From the NCBI RefSeq assembly GCF_009914755.1, contig NC_060936.1: a stretch of 64,000 nucleotides of DNA; one strand, 5' to 3'. Of the stretch, positions 52,522-64,000 are shown piece after piece. Made by a program: the position numbers and the translations under genes. The DNA is from the human T2T-CHM13v2.0 reference genome, Homo sapiens. Each line of letters opens with the position of its first letter. Position 1 is the first letter of the stretch. Under the pieces are notes generated by a model, which was not told the DNA's origin, did not search any database, and worked only from the letters and a program-made list of their open reading frames with translations.

Positions 52522-53749
52522 TTATTGTGTACCAAGCATTATGTAAGATACCACTTTCTCTCATTTGATCCCATGTTAACCCTATGTGATACGTAGCCTT
52601 ATCTTATTTCTTTGAAATGAAAAAATGAAGCTCAGAGATGCTAAATTTATCACCTAAGGTCACCACATATAGTGAACAAGTGGCTGAACTGGGATTCACA
52701 TCAAAGGCAGCTGACTCTAAAACCCTGCTCTTAAACCCCTGCTAAACTACTTACTGTAAATGGAGCTCTGAGAAATGCCCTTGCGTCAAAATCTTTTTTA
52801 AAGAATTTTTTTTCAAAAAACCATGCTCTATACAGAGTATAAAACATAAACATACATATTAATGAAATGTTATAATAAAAGGAAAACCTTTGTAACCACC
52901 ACACAGGTTAAGAAATAGTGTTGCCAGCACAACTCTTATTTCCCTCCATAAGCACGACCTCTTCTTCCCCCAAGAGGAACCACTAACCTGACTTTTATAA
53001 TAATCATTCCTTTCCTTTGCTTTATAATGAGTTTTACCTGCTAAGTATATGTTCATAAATAATACCATTTTGTTTTGCCTTTCTGGAATTTTATATAAAT
53101 GGAATCACACATTGTGAATTATTTTCTGTCTTCTTTCACTTAACATTTAGTTTTTACAATTTATGTTTATGCATGTAGCTTAGTAAATTATTTTGCTTTG
53201 GTATATTATATTTCATTGTATGAATATTCACAGATCTGTTTCACTGGTGATGGTTTATAGGTTTTAGCTATTAACAAATAATGCTGCTATAAACAGTCTT
53301 GGACATACAGTCTGGTGCACATAAGCACACATTACTATGGGATATACACCTAGGGAATTGCTGGGTATGTATATCTTTGACAGCTTCTCCAATTATTTTC
53401 TAAGGATAGATTCCTAGCAGTAAAATTAATGGATCAGAAGGTGTAACCATGGAAGGTGATTTCAAGACTTTTATGAATTTACTCAGTTATCCATGGGATA
53501 GCCTTTATGCTAGTTTAATTCTTTCTGCTGCAGTGTAAACCAGCTATACTTTGTTCAGTCTGTGGAAACAAGCTATAGAATCAGTAAGCCATTTCCTTGT
53601 ACTGGGAGCGTTAGACTTGTTTAGACTTCTCTAAATTTTATCTGGAATTGTATTTCTTTCATCTGGTCTAAAGCCTGTTCTTTTGGGTTTAGGTAGTGAT
53701 TATGGCTGATTGGCTGGAAAGCTTAGAACTATTGGTGAATCTTAGGTCA

Positions 53750-54061
<312 letters not shown>

Positions 54062-56185
54062 TTATTGCACAGACATATATGAAAGTTTACCAAAATCAAA
54101 TCTATGATGAAGGAATTAAATCAGTATGCTTTGAGGATTCACTTTCCAGAACTTAAGTTCTGTCAGTTGAGTGTTTTAATATATGTGTTTCTGTGTTGTT
54201 GCTTTTACATTAGCAAGTGTGACACCTAATTTGTTTCACTTGGGTTTCATGTCCTGCTTGAATGCAGTACTACAAGTTACTCAGTGCCTAACATGTTGTC
54301 TTGCCTGTGGTAGGTGCTCAGTAATCGTATGTTGAATGAAATGGGTACAGCATTATTTGGAATTATTGCCTTTGTTGTATTTGTGCTCTTCTCTGGTATG
54401 TTAGTTTTATTAATAAATGTTCATTTTGATTTCTAAAGTACCTTCTCTCTCACCTAGAGATCTGAGGAGACACGTTATTTGGAACTGGTTCTTTTTTGCT
54501 TGAAATAATTTTTCTGGCATTTAAATAAGCCTTGGTCTGGAGGTTTCACATATTCATTTCTGTCTTTTTAAGCTTCCCTGCTCCCGAGAATTTTCAGGCT
54601 TGTAAGACTGCGTGCAGTTCATTAATATTCTCCATCCTGGCATCCCAGATAGACATAAGAAGTTGACTGACAGTAAGGAAGCAGAGAGGAGTTTAAATAG
54701 AATAGTGCTCAGCAATGAGAGAGAACTTTATACCTGAAAGCTTCCACAGACATTAATCAATTTCCAACACCTTGGAGAAGTAGGAAATTGATTTTTATTA
54801 TGTATTTAATAGCTGAGCAAATGTGATATGCTTTTAATCTCCTAACTCTTCCTGAGATGGTGATGTTCACTTAGAAGCAACTATATTTGTTTAAAATCAT
54901 AAAGACATTCTTTGTAGCCTGGTCTACATAATACATTCCTACTTTTTTATAATATGAGTTTGTTTTAACAGACTCGTCCTTTGACCTTCCATCCTTCTCA
55001 GAAGTAGGCAACTGAGTTAATCAACTTCAGAGTCTACTGGTTTCATTTCCACAAGCCAATTCACTTGGCAGGGAGCAAACTACTCTTGCTCCCTCACTAT
55101 CCTAGAGAAACAAGAAAACAGATGCCTGCTCAGAACATTAAGCAGTGTCTAATTGCCCCTGAAGGGTGACCTGGAAGTGGGTAGTTTGTCCCATGCTTTT
55201 GAAGCCCTGGGTAGACAGAGGCCAGATTCTTCATGCATTGCTCATGTCCATCCAGTGAGCCAGCAGCAGTTGGGAATGGAGTCCAAAAATAGGTGATCCC
55301 TGTCCCAATACTTATTCCTAAAGCAGTGAGTGGTTCCTAACCCGTTTTCCATCAAGACACATGCTCAAATGCTTCTGTTACCTTCAGTTTGCGCAAAGGG
55401 CTAGCCGTAACTACACCTTTTCCCTTCCGCCTGAGAAAACATAGTGAGCATTTTGAATTTGCTCTTAGTGATATTTTTTGAAGTAAAGGATTTATTTTAT
55501 TACTTTATCAGTAATAAGAAATGACTTATAACACATCCTACAGTTGATTATGACCAAACATCAATGTGTTCATAGTTAGAGCTTTATATAAGTGTTTGTA
55601 TTTTTTTTTTCAAAATAGTATGTGGACATTGTTAGAAGTCTCTTAATACATTTGATTTCTTTTTTAAAAAGTCTCTCCCATCCCACCTGCTCACATTAAA
55701 TGTAGTGAATTTTTTTCATTGTTGGTTTTCTTTAAATCATTATGTTGATTTTTTTCTTTAAATCATGTTTTGATTGATTGACTGTTGTGAGCCAAGACTT
55801 TTCCGAATGCTAGAGAGGTTGCAGAAGTTGAGTGACCCTTTCCTTTGAGGAGTCCATAGTTTAATGCTAGTAATAAGGCCTATTTTAGGGAGATAACTTA
55901 CTGTATTGGGAAAGTCACAACCTCTTTGAAGTTCAGTTTCCTCATCTAAAGAGTAGGTTAATAATACCTGTCTAACAGGGATTATTTTGAGGATTTAATG
56001 AAATAGTTCATGTGACACCAATTGGCACGGGTGCCTGGTTCAGGGTGGGTACTCAGTACAGTTGTTAATTCCACTTGCATCTAGAGAACCATGCAAGAGA
56101 CTGTCATTAGATTCTTAAAATACATGAAGGCTACTTTTAAAAATATGAATTAGAAGACAAAAACAAGGCCGGGCACGGTGACTCA

Positions 56186-56488
<303 letters not shown>

Positions 56489-56527
56489 TTATTAGAAAAG
56501 GCTTCATGGGCCGAGCGTGGTGGTTCA

Positions 56528-56850
<323 letters not shown>

Positions 56851-57074
56851 CTAGAACTTAGATTATCAAACTGTAGGTATTATAACGATAAGGAATGGAC
56901 AGATTCTGGCCTGGAGGAGGAGTTTGGGCTCTTCCACCCTCCCCCACTTTCAGGGAGTGTCACCAGTTTTTTAGCCCCACGTACCGTATTACCTTTTCAG
57001 TGACTTTACAGAAAATAATTCTGTAACCAGTGTGGTAAAACCCTATGGGGCTAATCCATATTAGCATTACTACT

Positions 57075-57099
57075 GTTTCCATGGCAACCATCAGCCAAT
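57075..57099. promoter_or_regulatory. RFX X-box plus adjacent CCAAT box
   Basis: GTTTCCATGGCAAC (57075-57088) and AGCCAATC (CCAAT at 57095-57099). Confidence 0.55.
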
Positions 57100-57279
57100 C
57101 CAGAACCTTATAGTAAGGCAAAATGTAAGAAGCACTTTCATCAACAAATACCCAATTTTACTGGTAGAATGTCCCACTGGGATGTTACCAGACTACCTAG
57201 CTGCTGTATCCAAAATCTAAACTCTGTTATTCCATATTTCTTTTTCTTTTCTTTTCTTTTTTTTGTTCTTCTGAGATAG

Positions 57280-57414
<135 letters not shown>

Positions 57415-57896
57415 TAATTTTTGTATTTTTAGTAGAGAATCGCTGTTGGTCAGGCTGGTCTTGAACTCCTGACCTCAGGTGATCTGCCCATCTTGGCCTC
57501 CCAAAGTGCTGAGATTAACAAGCGTGAGCCACCGAGCCCAGCCTTCTTTTTCTTTTCTTTCTTTTCTTTTCTTTTTGTTTTTTTGTTTGTTTGTTTGAGA
57601 CAAGGTTTGGCTCTATCGCCCAGGCTGCACCATCTTGGCTCACTGCAACCTTCACCTCCCAGGCTCAAGCCATCCTCCTACCTCAGCCTCCTGAGTAGCT
57701 GAGACTATAGGCATACACTACCACACCCGGCTAATTTTTTTGTGTTTCTTGTAGAGACAGTTTTACCATGTTGCCCAGGTTGGTCTTGAACTCCTGAGCT
57801 CAAGCCATCTGTCAGCCGCAGTCTCCCAAAGTGCTGGGATTACAGGTGTGAACCATCACACCTGGCCCTATATTTCCATGTTGGAACATTTAATAG

Positions 57897-58064
<168 letters not shown>

Positions 58065-58579
58065 TAATTTTTGTATTTTTAGTAGAGGAGGGGTTTCGCC
58101 ATGTTGGCCAGGATGGTCTCAAACTCCTGACCTCAAGTCATCCACCTGTCTCACCCTCCCAAAGTGCTGAGATTACAGGTATGAGCCACTGCTCCCAGCC
58201 AGCAGGAAATACTTTTAAGAAAAAATCTTGCCATGATTTTTTTCTGTAAGGAAATAGCATTATGTTTGAATTCTTGTTGAATAGTTTGTATAAAGTGGAT
58301 ATAACAAATAAGGTAAAACTGAGAGGGAGGAGAAAGATTTTATATCTAATTATGTAGAATTTGTGACTATTGATAATAGTTAGGGGCAAGGGCCAAAAAT
58401 CAACATGATTCCTCTTCTATCAGTTTTACTCTAAAGGGAAGATTGAAAGATAAAATTCTTAATATTTAAATTTTACCTCTGAAACCTGAACTCATTATGT
58501 AATATGGGGGTTTTACAGACCGTTTTGTTCCCTGTTACAGACAACCTTAAGCCAAAAATGAGTTAATATAGACATGTTT

Positions 58580-59984
<1,405 letters not shown>

Positions 59985-61734
59985 CTAAGTCAGAGGAGAG
60001 GTCAGGGCTGAGAGCTGGAGATAAATTACAAACTAGATATCAAAGCATTCAGGAAGAAGTGCCAGCCTGGTGTCTATTTTTCTGCTAAACCTAACCAGAG
60101 GTGGACACAAGGGGTGTGTTTTCCCTTGGGTGTGGTGGTGTAGTAGCACTCTCATTGGCTTTGGGATCAGACCTGCATTTGAATCCTAGCTCCACCATTT
60201 ACTAGCTAAGTGACCTCAATTATGTGACCTAATCTTGGCTAGCTTCAGTTTCTTTATCGATGAAATGGGGTTAACAATGCTCATCCTGTAGCGTTGTTAA
60301 GATAAAATGAAGTAGCCTGGGTATGTTACCTAGAGCAGTGCTCCGACCTAGAAAATGCTAAATAATATTCATCTTCCTTTTCCTTGGATTTAGTTTGTTG
60401 AATTCAACCCAGACTAACAGAAGAGCTTGTCTTCCAGGATGAAGGAAGTCTGAATTTACAGCCTATTCCCAAGTACACATATTTTGGGGCGTGCCTATTT
60501 AATGACAAGCTCCAAAAAAGAAAAGGATTTCAAATCCATCTGTTATCAAATGAGAATGACTTTATAAAAGAAAAGACTTGAGTGAGGTTTATAAAGGGAA
60601 CAGGGAAAATAGTCATGGGTTCTGAGTATTAAAAGATTGCACATGCAAAAGCAGGGTGAGGGTATAGGTAGAAACACCGAGCAGCAAATCCATGGATCAG
60701 TCATGCGTAATTTACATCAAAGGCTAAGTAAATCTACTTGAGCCATGGAGATGACCTATAGGAGGAAATAGTGCCCTTTCCTGTGGATGGGCTATGTAAA
60801 TCAAAGGGAATTATCTCATTAATTCTCTGGTGATCCTGGTGGAACCTTGCTAAAGGGGCACTTGTGGGCTTAAAGTTAATCCCACTTCTATTTTCTACAG
60901 TCATAGCTTGACTTTTGCAAGAAGCCCTCACTTAAGGTGTTCAGATTTTATCTCATACAGTACGCATTTGAATACCTGCCATGTGCCATGTACTTTATTA
61001 GGGAAGCAAAGATAAATAGGAGATATAATTTCTGCCCTTAAGTCTTTTCCAGTCTAAGAGAAAACAGATATGTAAACAGAGTGTGTGATAAGTTCTCTAA
61101 TAAGAGTATTGCAGCACTGCAAATAATGTAGTCATTTTAACCGGGGATCTTATAATGGCAATATGGAAGTTATGTCTGAACTGGGCTGTTAAGGTTAAGA
61201 ATTTATCAGGTGAAAATTTGAGGAAAGACATTCCAAAAGAGGGTATATCATGAACAAAGTCAAAGAGGCATGTTCAGGGAAGAAAAAGCCATACTGTGAT
61301 TAATAGTCTTGTTTTTATGGTGGTGGGAAGAAAGTGACCACCAGTTTGGAAAGCAGTTTTTCCCTAACCCTTCTCCAATTCCAAACAAGAACATTTTAAC
61401 TTTGTAACCTTCTTTTTAGGTCTAAGAAGTCTCCTGGTGAGCCATATGACCAAAACAGGTGGTGGCGGGGTGAGGTGGGGAAGTATGAAAAACACTAAAA
61501 TTTTCTTTCTTTATTAGGATTAGACGTGACTGCTCTTTCCTGAGAGAATCCTGAATGTGTCCCTGTGTCACCACTTGTCTCCAGTGAAGGGCTCCTTAGG
61601 GTACACCCCAGCCCATTTCCATCCCTGTTCTAAGTTAAAGTTTGCTGAGTAGAATGTCATTCCAACTGCCCGTCTTCCCCTAGCCTTCCTGTTTATTACG
61701 AAAAGGTTCTCAATTTCTTTTCCAAGCATTTTCA

Positions 61735-63109
<1,375 letters not shown>

Positions 63110-64000
63110 GAAAGTATAAACATTTCACATTCCAGGAAGCCCAAGATAGTCATAGTATTTCTGCCCTTGAAGAAACAGAAGCTTGTTCCAAGGTGGACAT
63201 GTTCTTAGGAACTATGCAGTGCCTCAGTTTAGCTGGGTGGTAATTATTTTAGCTTGGCTGCATTTTCATATCCACTCTCCCCCTTTAGCTGCAAGACCTT
63301 TCAAGTCCTCTCTGTTATTACTAACTACCATTCATGGATGAAAGCAAGTGCCTAAATTCCCTACAACTCTGCCTCTGTTAGGGGTGTCCTTCTCTCCATC
63401 CTCCATCAGTCCCTGTGCCAGATTTTCTTAAGCTCTGTCTTCAGGCTCTTTAAGGTCTGCTCTTACTTACATTTAATCTGTTAGACTTTTCTGTGCCAGT
63501 GACTTAAACATCAGCTCTAAAGTCAGAGTTGATCTTTCAGGTTATTAGAGCTGGCTTATAATAATGATGAAGGTGAATATAGTAACAGCAACAGCTAACA
63601 CACGTACTGCCTACTGTGTACCAGACACTGTTCCAAACACTTTACATATATTTATTTCAGTCATACAACCTTATGAGGTAGGTACTACTTTCTCCTAAAT
63701 GTAAGGGAAGAACCTGAGACACAGAGAATTAAGCAGTTTGCCTGTGGTCACACAGTACAGTAACTGATAGAGAAGAGACTATGTTATTTTTAGACCTTGA
63801 GTTTTCCACAAGACCTATGTCTTATTTATCTCTGTATCCCCAGTTCAAAGCATAGTAGTGTTCCATCCATGTTGGAATTAGTGCAAAGTGCCAGGCCATC
63901 AAGTTAACATAGGGGATAGTGTCATTTTGGTTAAGAAAAAAAGACTGAATCAAAATCTCCAATTGCGAGTACAGTGTGGTGTATTAGGAGTATCTGGGGC

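Overview
Human genomic DNA (an AluYa5-diagnostic sequence and an L1PA2 are present) containing the 5' end of BICDL1 (CCDC64/BICDR-1, a dynein-dynactin activating cargo adaptor) on the + strand. It has a CpG-island promoter at about 5830-7530 with a GC-rich, CAG/CCG-repeat-containing leader. Coding exon 1 (7010-7438) carries the CC1-box motif AARLG, and coding exon 2 is at 15659-15874. The remaining ~48 kb is intron 2, with no further coding exon that I can recognise. The rest is mostly interspersed repeats: about 50 Alus, MIR/L2/old L1/MLT fossils, hAT-Charlie fossils, an LTR10-like solo LTR, a 7SL retropseudogene and a 5'-inverted L1PA2. Nearly all ORFs in the supplied track are Alu or low-complexity artefacts. 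The most interesting observations are: (1) a perfect split (9-nt spacer) REST/RE1 site inside the coding sequence of exon 1; (2) a strong-Kozak polyglutamine uORF in the leader; (3) a p53 response element carried by the upstream LTR; (4) a chimeric Alu with an old left part and a pristine AluYa5 right part; (5) two RFX X-boxes in intron 2. I see no evidence of a wholly new multi-gene system. Repeat family names come from my recall of consensus sequences and need RepeatMasker/Dfam confirmation.
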